This document shows, piece by piece, positions 16,858-25,944 of a DNA stretch of 64,000 nucleotides. Source of the stretch: a virus. Every line of letters begins with the position of its first letter. Within the stretch, counting starts at the first letter, position 1. The notes beneath the pieces are model-generated. The model was not told where the DNA came from. It saw nothing but the letters and a program-made list of their open reading frames with translations, and did no database searches. Location of the stretch: IMG/VR virus record IMGVR_UViG_3300025005_000002, positions 96,001-160,000 of that record; one strand, 5' to 3'. Made by a program: the position numbers and the translations under genes.

Positions 16858-17482
16858 AATAATGAGAAATAATAGGAAGAGACGTAAAATAGAAAATAAA
16901 TGTGAAATTTGTAGTGCACCTAGGTACAAAGATAGTAGTAACTGTTTGAAATGTCTCAAGAAAAGACAAGAACATAATCAAAAATCATATGCCAAACAAA
17001 AAATAATGAAAAATAATGGGGTATGTATAAATGGTGATAATAGGCCACTATATACAAGTTGGTATTGTAAAGAGTGTTGGGATAAAAGATATGGCAAACA
17101 AAAAGATAATGTTAGAGATAGAATAAATAAGGGTCTGTGTGTGCATTGTGGTAATGTTGCCACTATCACTTTAACAGATCGGACATTTTGTGACATTTGC
17201 TGGTTTAAAAATCAAGCCAAAACTCACACTGGGTCACGCAAAAATTTTAAAGAGATTGAACAAATTTTACAAAAACAAGAATATAAATGTGTATATTCCA
17301 AAATTGAGTTACGATTAGGCGTAAACGCAAGTTTAGATCATATAATACCAATGTCTAGGGGCGGGGCAAGAGATATTAATAATATCCAATGGGTTGATAT
17401 TAATGTCAATTTAATGAAACACAAACTTACACACTCTGAATTTATATCTCTAATAAAAGAAATATACAAGAATGTTAAATGA
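16841..17482 (+). CDS. HNH endonuclease with N-terminal Cys-rich region
   Basis: SLDHIIPMSRGGARDINNIQWVDINVNLMK. Confidence 0.85.
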   Translation: MKSRNEIMRNNRKRRKIENKCEICSAPRYKDSSNCLKCLKKRQEHNQKSYAKQKIMKNNGVCINGDNRPLYTSWYCKECWDKRYGKQKDNVRDRINKGLCVHCGNVATITLTDRTFCDICWFKNQAKTHTGSRKNFKEIEQILQKQEYKCVYSKIELRLGVNASLDHIIPMSRGGARDINNIQWVDINVNLMKHKLTHSEFISLIKEIYKNVK

Positions 17483-17652
17483 CTTATCAAGAATTGTGTG
17501 ACAATCCACATTGTTATATATTTAGGTATATTCTCGCTGATTATGTGGAGGAATATATCGGGCAGGGGTGGGAAATAGTAGGTATGATGCAAAATACGTC
17601 AATCGCTATTAATAGTGTGATATCATATATTATGGCATTAGAAATACAATAG
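17479..17652 (+). CDS. small hypothetical protein (57 aa)
   Basis: Manually translated MTYQELCDNPHCYIFRYILADYVEEYIGQGWEIVG...; ATGA-type overlap. Confidence 0.5.
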   Translation: MTYQELCDNPHCYIFRYILADYVEEYIGQGWEIVGMMQNTSIAINSVISYIMALEIQ

Positions 17653-17676
17653 AAAGGAGACATTAATATTAAACTT

Positions 17677-18036
17677 GTGCTGGTATTTGTGTTGTTAATT
17701 TTATATCTGTCTGTACTTCCAGTGTTTGCAGTTACCAATACTGTATCTTGGGACCCAGTCACCACATATACTGATAATACTTTAGTAGAACCGTCAAAAT
17801 TACCTGTTACATATATTGTGAAGATGGATGATGTGGTTATTTGTACTACTTTTAATACTTCGTGTACTTTTGAGCATGTTAATGCTGATCAAGACCATTG
17901 GTTCACTGCTATGGCGAGGTTGGTGACTTTAGAGGAATCGGCGTGGAGTCCAGATTATCTGTGGCATTGTCCACCTGCTGGTATCCCATCAACTACTCCA
18001 GCGGAGCCTATCATTCTTCAAATAAAACGACCATAA
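17677..18036 (+). CDS. exported FN3/Ig-like beta protein with signal peptide
   Basis: Hydrophobic N-terminus ending VFA; SWDPVTTYTDNTL motif; beta-rich. Confidence 0.55.
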   Translation: MLVFVLLILYLSVLPVFAVTNTVSWDPVTTYTDNTLVEPSKLPVTYIVKMDDVVICTTFNTSCTFEHVNADQDHWFTAMARLVTLEESAWSPDYLWHCPPAGIPSTTPAEPIILQIKRP

Positions 18037-18066
18037 TATATATTATTTGTTAGTAGCTCATTATCT

Positions 18067-18654
18067 ATGAGATATATACATATATTGTTAATGTACTCAA
18101 TATTGGCAATGGGATGGTTTATACTGCCAAATTGTGGAAATGGAGGAGGTGGTAATACTCCAATTGATAATAGTGTGCCTATAGATAATATATGTATAAT
18201 AGAGTTTACTCAAACTCCAGTGTATTCTGATAATACATTAATGAGTAGTACACCAGATAGAGAGATATCTGGGTATTATTTGTATGTGTGTCATATTATT
18301 AGCGGAGTCCCAGGAAATATGGTATGGATTGCAGAGATTAATAATCCACTAAAATGGGAAAAGGATGCGTGGAGAGGATCATGGGACATCAGGAATCTCT
18401 TATATGATAACACTAGTCTAATTTATGGAACTAGTCCAGACGGATTAACAGCATTTTCTTTAAAAGCTGTGTCTATTAGAGTAGATGAAAAAGGCAATCC
18501 ATTTGTTTCAGATTTTAGTGTACCATGGGTTTATAGTATAACACCATACCCATTAGATAATCAAACTTTACATGAAGGAGATATTTATGCGACGGATATT
18601 AATGGTAGTGGCCCTATTAATATGGACTTTGGGATTGGGGGTAACAATAAGTAA
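18067..18654 (+). CDS. putative lipoprotein, FN3-like
   Basis: Signal peptide then C-GNGGGG; VYSDNTL...ISGYYLY motif related to the preceding gene. Confidence 0.55.
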   Translation: MRYIHILLMYSILAMGWFILPNCGNGGGGNTPIDNSVPIDNICIIEFTQTPVYSDNTLMSSTPDREISGYYLYVCHIISGVPGNMVWIAEINNPLKWEKDAWRGSWDIRNLLYDNTSLIYGTSPDGLTAFSLKAVSIRVDEKGNPFVSDFSVPWVYSITPYPLDNQTLHEGDIYATDINGSGPINMDFGIGGNNK

Positions 18655-18979
18655 TGCAGAAACTTTTCCCGTTGTTGTAGCGTCCATATATAATGATAAT
18701 ACTTCGTGTGGTACTACTGCTATGACTGTGAAGGTTTATCAAGGGACATGTAAATCTGGTGTTGTGTTTGCTACCGGGCCTGCGTCTTGTGGTACAACTA
18801 GTAATATTACCAATGGTAGTTTAATAGCGTGCGGTACTGGGTCACATAATTATTATGCCACCGCTACTGTTGCTGCTGGCGGGACAGAAGGTGATTGTTC
18901 TGGAGTCAAAGCATACGCGCCACCAGCGTGTTCAGCTACACCAGCTGCTCCATCTATTGGGAATATTATAAGGAAATAA
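18587..18979 (+). CDS. exported Cys/Thr/Gly-rich beta protein
   Basis: AAGGAG RBS, MRRILMVVALLIWTLGLGVTISNA signal peptide. Confidence 0.6.
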   Translation: MRRILMVVALLIWTLGLGVTISNAETFPVVVASIYNDNTSCGTTAMTVKVYQGTCKSGVVFATGPASCGTTSNITNGSLIACGTGSHNYYATATVAAGGTEGDCSGVKAYAPPACSATPAAPSIGNIIRK

Positions 18980-19269
18980 TGGCTGATACGTCAAATAATC
19001 CTTGGTATCCATCGCCAGAATTTCTGGCTCAAGCAGGGCATGTGTTGCTTGGTATGCTTGCTGTGCTAGCACCACGTGCCCTGTGGGATGGATGGATGCC
19101 AGCCGCTGCTGGTACAGCAATGGTTTATATTTATATGTTGGTTAAAGAATTTTCATATGATATTTATATAGAGAAAGAAACTGTTGCTATTGGGTGGAAG
19201 GATATTGCGTATTTATCGGTTGGTACTATTACTAGTTGGGGATTGTTAATATATTTAGGACGTCTATAA
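18979..19269 (+). CDS. small membrane protein (about 3 TM)
   Basis: Three hydrophobic stretches; start moved to ATG 18979. Confidence 0.55.
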   Translation: MADTSNNPWYPSPEFLAQAGHVLLGMLAVLAPRALWDGWMPAAAGTAMVYIYMLVKEFSYDIYIEKETVAIGWKDIAYLSVGTITSWGLLIYLGRL

Positions 19270-19300
19270 TCTTATTTATCTTTTACGGCGGTAATTTTAT

Positions 19301-19350
19301 AGCGGGGTTGCCAAGTGGCTAAGGCGCTGGCCCCATAAGCTAGTCATCGC
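19301..19350 (+). pseudogene. truncated tRNA(CAT) copy 1 (5' half and anticodon arm, no T arm)
   Basis: AGCGGGGTTGCCAAGTGGCTAAGGCGCTGGCCCCATAAGCTAGTCATCG is nearly collinear with the intact tRNA up to the variable loop. Confidence 0.75.
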
Positions 19351-19358
19351 AAAAGAAA

Positions 19359-19416
19359 TGCGGGCGAATCGGCCAAAGTGCAGATGCCAGCCTCATAAGC
19401 TGGATAGGTGGGTGGT
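19359..19416 (+). pseudogene. degenerate tRNA(CAT)-like fragment 2
   Basis: TGCGGGC 5' end and a perfect anticodon arm CCAGC-CTCATAA-GCTGG; no T loop or acceptor 3' strand. Confidence 0.55.
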
Positions 19417-19424
19417 AATAAAAT

Positions 19425-19499
19425 TGCGGGGTCGCCAAGTGGTAAGGCACTAGCCTCATAAGCTAGTTATCGAGCGTTCGAATCGCTCCCCCGCAACCA
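19425..19499 (+). tRNA. tRNA with CAT anticodon (Met; fMet-like acceptor stem), CCA encoded
   Basis: TGCGGGG/CCCCGCA acceptor stem, GCC/GGC D stem, CTAGC-CTCATAA-GCTAG, GAGCG-TTCGAAT-CGCTC, A73, CCA. Confidence 0.93.
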
Positions 19500-19517
19500 A
19501 ATATAGTGGGGTGAATT

Positions 19518-19978
19518 ATGAAAGAAAGGTACAAGAAGTCTAATGAAACAAAATACAAACAATTAGGTGTCCATGCAAGTACTGCTAGATATCAATTGAC
19601 CAAGATAATGTTGTTGCATTACGCCAAGGAATGTGGGGAAGATAAATGTTATAGATGTGGCTTACCAATAGAATCGCCAAATGATTTAAGTATTGATCAT
19701 AAAATACCGTGGTTACATAATAGCAAAGAATTGTTTTTTGATATAAATAATATCGCATGGTCACACAAGAAATGTAACAAAACCGACAGAACTGGGCGCA
19801 AACAAAGTAAAGAGGGATATTCATGGTGTATGACTTGCAAAAAGAATTAAAATTAGAGGCATTTAATAAAAAAGCAACACGTTGGAATGGTGTAGATTTT
19901 GAATGTAAGGTGTGTAAATCTAAAAGAATGAAAGAATTTCAACCAAGAAGAAAAGATAGAGGTAAAATATTTAAATAA
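19518..19978 (+). pseudogene. HNH endonuclease with frameshifted C-terminal zinc motif
   Basis: SIDHKIPW...NIAWSHKKCN in 19518-19850; the -1 frame after TGCAAAAAG completes CMTCKK-ELKLEAFNKKATRWNGVDFECKVC to TAA 19978. Confidence 0.7.
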
Positions 19979-19995
19979 TTATCGAAGGAGGTAAT

Positions 19996-20310
19996 TTGTC
20001 TGCCCAATTAGAGTTTATAGATGCGCAACATTTTTTACTTGCTTTTCATGAGATGGTTGGTATGATGGCCGATGATAGACCCGGTGATAATGATCCAATA
20101 TTTGCATGGGTAACATTTAATTCCTGTGTGAAATTATTAAATATTCTTGGTGCTGTTGATGGCAATATGTTAAAATTAATACTTAAAATTAAAAGACCAA
20201 CAAATGATGATGAGGATGATCAAGAAAAATATTTGCGTAAAATGTATGATATAAGTGAAAAAATGTTAAATTTAGTTGGATGGCCACAAGATATAAGTGT
20301 GGAGGAGTGA
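19996..20310 (+). CDS. hypothetical protein
   Basis: AAGGAGGT RBS and TTG start. Confidence 0.65.
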   Translation: MSAQLEFIDAQHFLLAFHEMVGMMADDRPGDNDPIFAWVTFNSCVKLLNILGAVDGNMLKLILKIKRPTNDDEDDQEKYLRKMYDISEKMLNLVGWPQDISVEE

Positions 20311-20314
20311 GATT

Positions 20315-20593
20315 ATGAATGTGGGGTTATTTCTTAAAAAATATTATAAATTAATTGAGGATATTAATTCAGCTGATGTGGATAGTGTAGACGCATTTTA
20401 TACAAAGGTGTATACCGAAGTATTTGATTATATGGCTGACTATTATAATTTTATAACTGAATATTCAGATGAAACAGAAGGTGACCACGCCATACAAGCA
20501 ATGCATAGGTTAATAAGGAAATTAAATTTGCCAGTGAAGGAATTTAAGGTTCCAAGTTTGGCACTTCACATTTTTTATAATGAGGGTATATAA
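20315..20593 (+). CDS. hypothetical protein
   Basis: GGAG RBS and ATG 20315. Confidence 0.6.
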   Translation: MNVGLFLKKYYKLIEDINSADVDSVDAFYTKVYTEVFDYMADYYNFITEYSDETEGDHAIQAMHRLIRKLNLPVKEFKVPSLALHIFYNEGI

Positions 20594-20640
20594 TTTTGTT
20601 TCAAGAAATGTTAAATTTGAGAATAATGGGGGTGGTCGGC

Positions 20641-21154
20641 ATGATTTATCTAATTGCTGACACGCATTTTCGGTCACTTTAACATTATTAGGTATTGTGG
20701 TAGGCCTTTTGCATCTGTTGATGAGATGAATGGGAGGATGGTTCATAATTGGAATTCAGTCGTTACTCCAGAAGATACTGTGTATCATTTGGGAGATTTT
20801 TCTTTAGGATCTGCTGAATTGGTTAGGAACTATCGATATAGATTGGTAGGTAATATTGAATTAATATTTGGTAATCATGATCATAGATCTATTGGGTTTT
20901 GGGATAAATTGGGTATTAAGGCTCATAAAAAACCAATAATTGTTGATGGTATGTTATTTAGTCATGCCCCAATAATGCACCCAGAATTGCCAAATGTTCA
21001 TGGGCATACACACCAGAATAATACTAATATTGAGGGTACCCATATATGTGTGTCTGTGGAGCAAATTGATTACACACCAATTTCTCTCGATAAGGTTAAA
21101 GAAAGGATAGCTCATGCGCAGCAAATGGTTGTGGATGTCGAGGATACAGGATAA
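20641..21154 (+). pseudogene. calcineurin-like metallophosphoesterase with a +1 frameshift after codon 10 (or recoded gene)
   Basis: ATG 20641 gives MIYLIADTHF, then CGG TCA CTT TAA; skipping one base gives GHFNII...HLGDF...GNHD...SHAP...VHGHTH. Confidence 0.8.
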
Positions 21155-21287
21155 GTTATCAGTAGCAGATATTAGTGTATTTGACGTTGCAATGTATTTC
21201 CCGGAGTCAATAAATATAGCACAAAGAATCTGGGTATTAAATCGTTATATTGGTGCGATGAAAGATCGCCCAGAATTTAATAAGTAG
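21135..21287 (+). CDS. small hypothetical protein (50 aa)
   Basis: Manually translated MSRIQDKLSVADISVFDVAMYFPESINIAQRIWVLNRYIGAMKDRPEFNK*. Confidence 0.45.
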   Translation: MSRIQDKLSVADISVFDVAMYFPESINIAQRIWVLNRYIGAMKDRPEFNK

Positions 21288-21324
21288 TGCCCCGCCTCTA
21301 CCAGAATATCGGTAGGGGCGGGCA
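21288..21324 (+). terminator. GC-rich hairpin, probable intrinsic terminator
   Basis: TGCCCCGCCTCTACC-agaatatc-GGTAGGGGCGGGCA directly after a stop codon, followed by a T-rich tract. Confidence 0.65.
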
Positions 21325-21350
21325 TTTCATCTGTTTTTGGGGTAAATTGT

Positions 21351-22037
21351 ATGATTGTGATGTCTAGACAAGCAAGGGTCCTTCTGTCTAAAATTCAAGA
21401 ACAATGTCCTATGGTTCAGTATGAGGTAACAGATGTAGAATGGTATGCACATAGTTTTACGATTTCGTTGTTATGCAGTTGGTGGAAGGTAAAAAAGAAG
21501 ATTGAAGGTGGTGTTGGCGATACCCATACATGGTATCTCCCAGTAGTAGGATCGCAGGATTATATTTCATTAGTCGGGCATATAATTAGATTAGGTGGGA
21601 AGATTAAGCAAGCAAATTTGGATTGGTCAAATAACCACAGGCAAGTGTATCATTATCTATGTGCGAATATTTTAACATGTGATTTTAATCTTAATGAATT
21701 ACGTACTATTTTAGATATTGGATCAGAATTTAATATCCAAGATGTACAACAGGCAGCAGATAAAACACGTGGTGTAACTGGTGGTGATAATATATCTTAC
21801 CTTTTGGCGGTATTACAACGTAATAAGCAAGCCAAAGATATAAAGGCGCAGAGGGTATCAGAAGCGATAAATTTATCCCAAAGGTGTTTGAAGAAGATAA
21901 GTTCAAAGCGTAGTGGTGCATTAGATGTTACGTTAATGAAAATATCATTTTCAGATGCTAGGGAAACTCAAGAAGTGATGAGGAGAATGAATGCAATTCA
22001 GAGATCTTTCGGGAGCAATAGAGTTAGTAAAAAGTAA
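21351..22037 (+). CDS. hypothetical replication protein, possible DnaD-like C-terminal domain
   Basis: DVQQAAD...NISYLLAVLQRN resembles the DnaD/DnaB_C YxxxILxxW helix; directly upstream of the primase-helicase. Confidence 0.4.
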   Translation: MIVMSRQARVLLSKIQEQCPMVQYEVTDVEWYAHSFTISLLCSWWKVKKKIEGGVGDTHTWYLPVVGSQDYISLVGHIIRLGGKIKQANLDWSNNHRQVYHYLCANILTCDFNLNELRTILDIGSEFNIQDVQQAADKTRGVTGGDNISYLLAVLQRNKQAKDIKAQRVSEAINLSQRCLKKISSKRSGALDVTLMKISFSDARETQEVMRRMNAIQRSFGSNRVSKK

Positions 22038-24630
22038 GATAAGCCTTTTAGATTTAGTCAAACAACATACTGGTGAAGAAGGTAAAATCCAAGGTTTGAA
22101 TATTAGTTTCGCATGTCCGTTCCATGCTGAGCATGACCCATCATTCAAGGTAAATATAGCAGGTGAAATACACGAACATTTCTTTTATTGTTTTGGGTGT
22201 AAGCGTGGCGGTAGTATTATTGATTTTATTCAGTTTGCAGAAGGTATAGAAGTAGTTGAGGCCACTCAGCTACTAGCAGAACGCCACGGTGTTGATCTCA
22301 CTCCCTTCCTAGATGATTCGCAAGATCCCCGCCGATCTTTCTTAGCAAAAATCAATCAAGCAGTTGTTGATGTATGCCATGAAGCACTACTCGGGAATCT
22401 AGGTGCTTCATCTGTATTTATGATAGAGAGCCGGAAAATAGATATTGAGACCCTAAAGCTATTTAAAATTGGTTACACGGTGTCTACACAGTGGTTGCAT
22501 GAGAGTATAACCAAAAAATTAGGTGTAACTATCTCATATTCAGATTTAAAGGATATTGACCTATGTAATCCAATGATGTGGGATAATGCGATTGTGTTCC
22601 CAGTGTTTAGTAGTAGTGGGCACGCAACACACTTCTATACTAGGCCATTTTCTGGTAGTGTAAAATATGTTGGGACATCGTCAAATTCTCAGTTATATAG
22701 TGAAGATTCAATATATGGGTTACATATAGCTAGGAAATCGTTACGAGAAAATGGTTATAAATTGAATGTTGTAGAAGGCCAAATTGATCTGTTGCAGATG
22801 TATTCACATGGGTTTAAGAATACTGTTGCGGCTTGTGGCTTATCCAAATATACATCGTCGGTATTTATTAATGCGATTTCCAAATATAAAGTGAATGAGG
22901 TGGTGCTTATACCAGATGGAGATGAGCCTGGTAAACGAGAATTGATTAAGATTGCAGAAGATTTTACTGTTTATGGTAATATATTTGTGTCTTTTGTTGT
23001 TTTGCAAAACGGAGACCCAGATGAAATACTTAAAGAATTTGGTGCATCTGGGATTAATAATTATATTGTCAATAATATACATCCCATACATTTTTATATT
23101 GATAATGCTTACAACACGAATGCTGGGCTTTCGGATGAAATAAAATTTCTTGATGTGGTATGTAAGTATATTAATAAATTTAGTACTGTTTATCGTGAGA
23201 TGGCATCTAAACATATAGAAATTAAGTATGGTATACATGATGCATTAGATTATTTTATTACCTACTCGTTAAATCCTAGAGATATTCATGACAAAGAATC
23301 AGAAGCAACCATTATTAAATTAATGGTAGAAGACAAAGAATTTGCTTATACTGTACGACATGAAATCGGTGAGCATGAATTTTATGTGCGCAATAATGCA
23401 GATATCTATAAAACTATCTGTGCTTGTTTGACTAAATATGGTACAGTTTCAGAAGAAATTTTAATTAGTGTACTTAAAAAACCACTCCAACAGTACTGGG
23501 GTACGTTGCAGAAACACAATCTTGATATAGAATTTTGTATTCAGCAAGTTAAAGAATTATTTATGAGACGTAGTGCTAGCAAGGTAGCGGTTAGATTGTT
23601 GGCAGAGTCCATGGATATAGATAAATCGGTAGATGTGATTATGCAGGAACATCGTGCAGCAATAGTAGAGATTAATGATCGTCGTAATACGATGGTAACA
23701 TCATCAACGCAAGATTTGGCGGATCGGTTTTCAGAGTTATACATAGAACGTGCTCAGTCTGGTAAGACTATTTTAGGTACGCCACTTAGTAATAGGTGGG
23801 CCACACTCAATACAGCATGGTCTGGGTTGGAGCTTGGGTATGTCCATATGGTGGCTGCTCATACTGGTGTGGGGAAGACTTCGGTGGCGGTTAATTGGTT
23901 TAATGATGTAATTACACTATCTCAGGAACCAGCATTGTTTATATCGGCAGAAATGTCTAGGGATGACATTTGGACAAGGATGATGTCTATACATTGTGGG
24001 TTATCAAATACAATGATTAGACTTGGTAAATACCCACCAAGTTCTGTTGAATGGGAAAAGATGATGGAATCGTTTAAGGTTTTACGTGCAGCGCCAGGGT
24101 ATGTTATTGTGCCGAATAATTTTACAATATCAGAGATTATGGGTATAATAGAATACCACAGACTTAAATTTGGATGTAAACATGTATTTATTGATTATGT
24201 CCAATTAATTAAGGCTGATAATAGAGCTGGTAAGAAGTGGGAAGTTCTTGATGTAGCTAGTTCATTATTACAGAATAGGGCCATGAGTTCACGAGATCCA
24301 ATATGTATTGTCACAGTAGCACAACAGAATAAAGATAAATCTGAGATATTCGGGTCGGTTGAAGGTGTCGGTGGTGCGTATAAGCTAAGCCAAGATGCCG
24401 CGAAGGTGGTAATTTTAACTGAGAAATCTAATGAAGAGATTAATAGATTTGGTGGGAAACGTGGGAATATTACAATGAACATAGATAAAGTACGTATGGG
24501 CCCGTCTGGGATTATTGTAGATATAATGTATGATAAAGATCCCAATTTGGGATCACTTAAGGCTGGTGAAGCAGCCAATTGGGATGGGGAGATCAATCTT
24601 AATATAGAGATTGTGCCTGTCTATACCTAG
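21991..24630 (+). CDS. DnaG primase-DnaB helicase fusion
   Basis: CPFH...CFGC zinc finger, TOPRIM (VVEGQID, PDGD), AHTGVGKT Walker A, FISAEMS, VFIDYVQLI. Confidence 0.92.
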   Translation: MQFRDLSGAIELVKSKISLLDLVKQHTGEEGKIQGLNISFACPFHAEHDPSFKVNIAGEIHEHFFYCFGCKRGGSIIDFIQFAEGIEVVEATQLLAERHGVDLTPFLDDSQDPRRSFLAKINQAVVDVCHEALLGNLGASSVFMIESRKIDIETLKLFKIGYTVSTQWLHESITKKLGVTISYSDLKDIDLCNPMMWDNAIVFPVFSSSGHATHFYTRPFSGSVKYVGTSSNSQLYSEDSIYGLHIARKSLRENGYKLNVVEGQIDLLQMYSHGFKNTVAACGLSKYTSSVFINAISKYKVNEVVLIPDGDEPGKRELIKIAEDFTVYGNIFVSFVVLQNGDPDEILKEFGASGINNYIVNNIHPIHFYIDNAYNTNAGLSDEIKFLDVVCKYINKFSTVYREMASKHIEIKYGIHDALDYFITYSLNPRDIHDKESEATIIKLMVEDKEFAYTVRHEIGEHEFYVRNNADIYKTICACLTKYGTVSEEILISVLKKPLQQYWGTLQKHNLDIEFCIQQVKELFMRRSASKVAVRLLAESMDIDKSVDVIMQEHRAAIVEINDRRNTMVTSSTQDLADRFSELYIERAQSGKTILGTPLSNRWATLNTAWSGLELGYVHMVAAHTGVGKTSVAVNWFNDVITLSQEPALFISAEMSRDDIWTRMMSIHCGLSNTMIRLGKYPPSSVEWEKMMESFKVLRAAPGYVIVPNNFTISEIMGIIEYHRLKFGCKHVFIDYVQLIKADNRAGKKWEVLDVASSLLQNRAMSSRDPICIVTVAQQNKDKSEIFGSVEGVGGAYKLSQDAAKVVILTEKSNEEINRFGGKRGNITMNIDKVRMGPSGIIVDIMYDKDPNLGSLKAGEAANWDGEINLNIEIVPVYT

Positions 24631-24667
24631 GTTACTTAATGATATAGTTAATACGATAAATTAGTAT

Positions 24668-25387
24668 ATGAAGACATGTACAAAATGTGGGATTAAGAAA
24701 TCAAACTTTGGTAAAGATAAAAGAGCAACAGATGGATTACAATCACAATGTAGTGAGTGTAAGAATCAAGGAATATTTAAATATAGGAAGGCATCTGATT
24801 GGGCTAATAAGGCATACAAAAAGAAGTTAATAAAAATATGTTCAAAATGTGGCGTGAAAAATCCTATATGTGGTTTTGGTAAGGATAGAAGGGCATCAGA
24901 TGGGTTAGAATCAGAATGTAAAGAATGTAAGTCTAAAAGAAATATTGAGTATGAAAAGACGCCAAGATGTAAAGAAAAAAGACAGCGAAGAGATAAAGTT
25001 AAAAGGAGCGAATGCAGTAAAAGACATTATCAAAATAATATAGATCGTTATAGAAAGTGTAACGAGATGAGATACAACAAAAACAAAGAAGAGATATCAG
25101 AAAAACGAAAAATAACAAATAAATTATTAAAATTTGAGGTTATGTCCCATTATTCTATTATTATTGGTGTGCCGATATGTGCGCATAAATATTGTCAAAT
25201 TACTGACATTGATATGCTTTGTATTGACCACATTAATAATAATGGGAATAAACATAGAAAAGAAGAGGGTATTACTGGTGGAGTAAAATTGTATAAATGG
25301 TTAATCGATAATAACTATCCTACTGAGTTTCAAGTATTATGTTGGAACCACAATATGAAAAAATACATGGAGTTAATAAACAAATGA
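24668..25387 (+). CDS. HNH-type endonuclease with two CxxC...CxxC repeats
   Basis: CTKC...FGKDKRATDGLQSQCSEC and CSKC...FGKDRRASDGLESECKEC; IDHINNNG...QVLCWNHN. Confidence 0.8.
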   Translation: MKTCTKCGIKKSNFGKDKRATDGLQSQCSECKNQGIFKYRKASDWANKAYKKKLIKICSKCGVKNPICGFGKDRRASDGLESECKECKSKRNIEYEKTPRCKEKRQRRDKVKRSECSKRHYQNNIDRYRKCNEMRYNKNKEEISEKRKITNKLLKFEVMSHYSIIIGVPICAHKYCQITDIDMLCIDHINNNGNKHRKEEGITGGVKLYKWLIDNNYPTEFQVLCWNHNMKKYMELINK

Positions 25388-25944
25388 ACAAATTTAAAAA
25401 GCTTCTCTGGGTTATTGGCCCTGCTGGAAGTGGTAAGACCACTATTTCAAAACAAATTGCCAGTATAGTAGGAGTAGAATTTATAAGTTCTGGAGACATA
25501 GTAAGAAGCTTGGCAGATGCTCATAAAGACCTGGCCAATGGTGACCTTTATTATAATGATGATGCAATTATGGGGGTCATAAATGATAGAATTAACACTA
25601 CGTCTAGTCAGATTATTATTGTTGATGGGGTCCCAAGAACTAGTGGACAAGTCAGATGGATTAACGAAAACATGTCGAAATATTTATGGAGCGTGGTATA
25701 TATTGACGCGCCTACGATTAAAAGAATCAAACGACTTATTAAAAGAGGTCGTGACGATTACGACAGTCACGATATAATATTAAAAAGGGTCTCTAAGGAC
25801 GAGGATAATATGAAATATATTGCCAATATGTGCCTTGAAGTGTTGGCCCCTAGTAAGATAAGATTTATTGATTCGATTATAGATGGGGATACTTCATTAG
25901 AGGTCGATAGATTGCTTACATTACTTAGTACGATGGAGGGATAA
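25384..25944 (+). CDS. adenylate kinase-family (d)NMP kinase
   Basis: GPAGSGKTT P-loop, ISSGDIVR, VDGVPR, RLIKRGRDD; start moved to ATG 25384. Confidence 0.85.
   Translation: MNKFKKLLWVIGPAGSGKTTISKQIASIVGVEFISSGDIVRSLADAHKDLANGDLYYNDDAIMGVINDRINTTSSQIIIVDGVPRTSGQVRWINENMSKYLWSVVYIDAPTIKRIKRLIKRGRDDYDSHDIILKRVSKDEDNMKYIANMCLEVLAPSKIRFIDSIIDGDTSLEVDRLLTLLSTMEG

Noticed and set aside
19301-19416. Prophage att site remnants
   Set aside because: No integrase in the window, and the fragments retain 5' and anticodon parts rather than the 3' end normally duplicated at att sites.
19996-20593. Two small helical ORFs as MazG/MazZ-like nucleotidohydrolases
   Set aside because: FHEMVG is suggestive but the EExxE...ExxD metal motif is not convincingly present.
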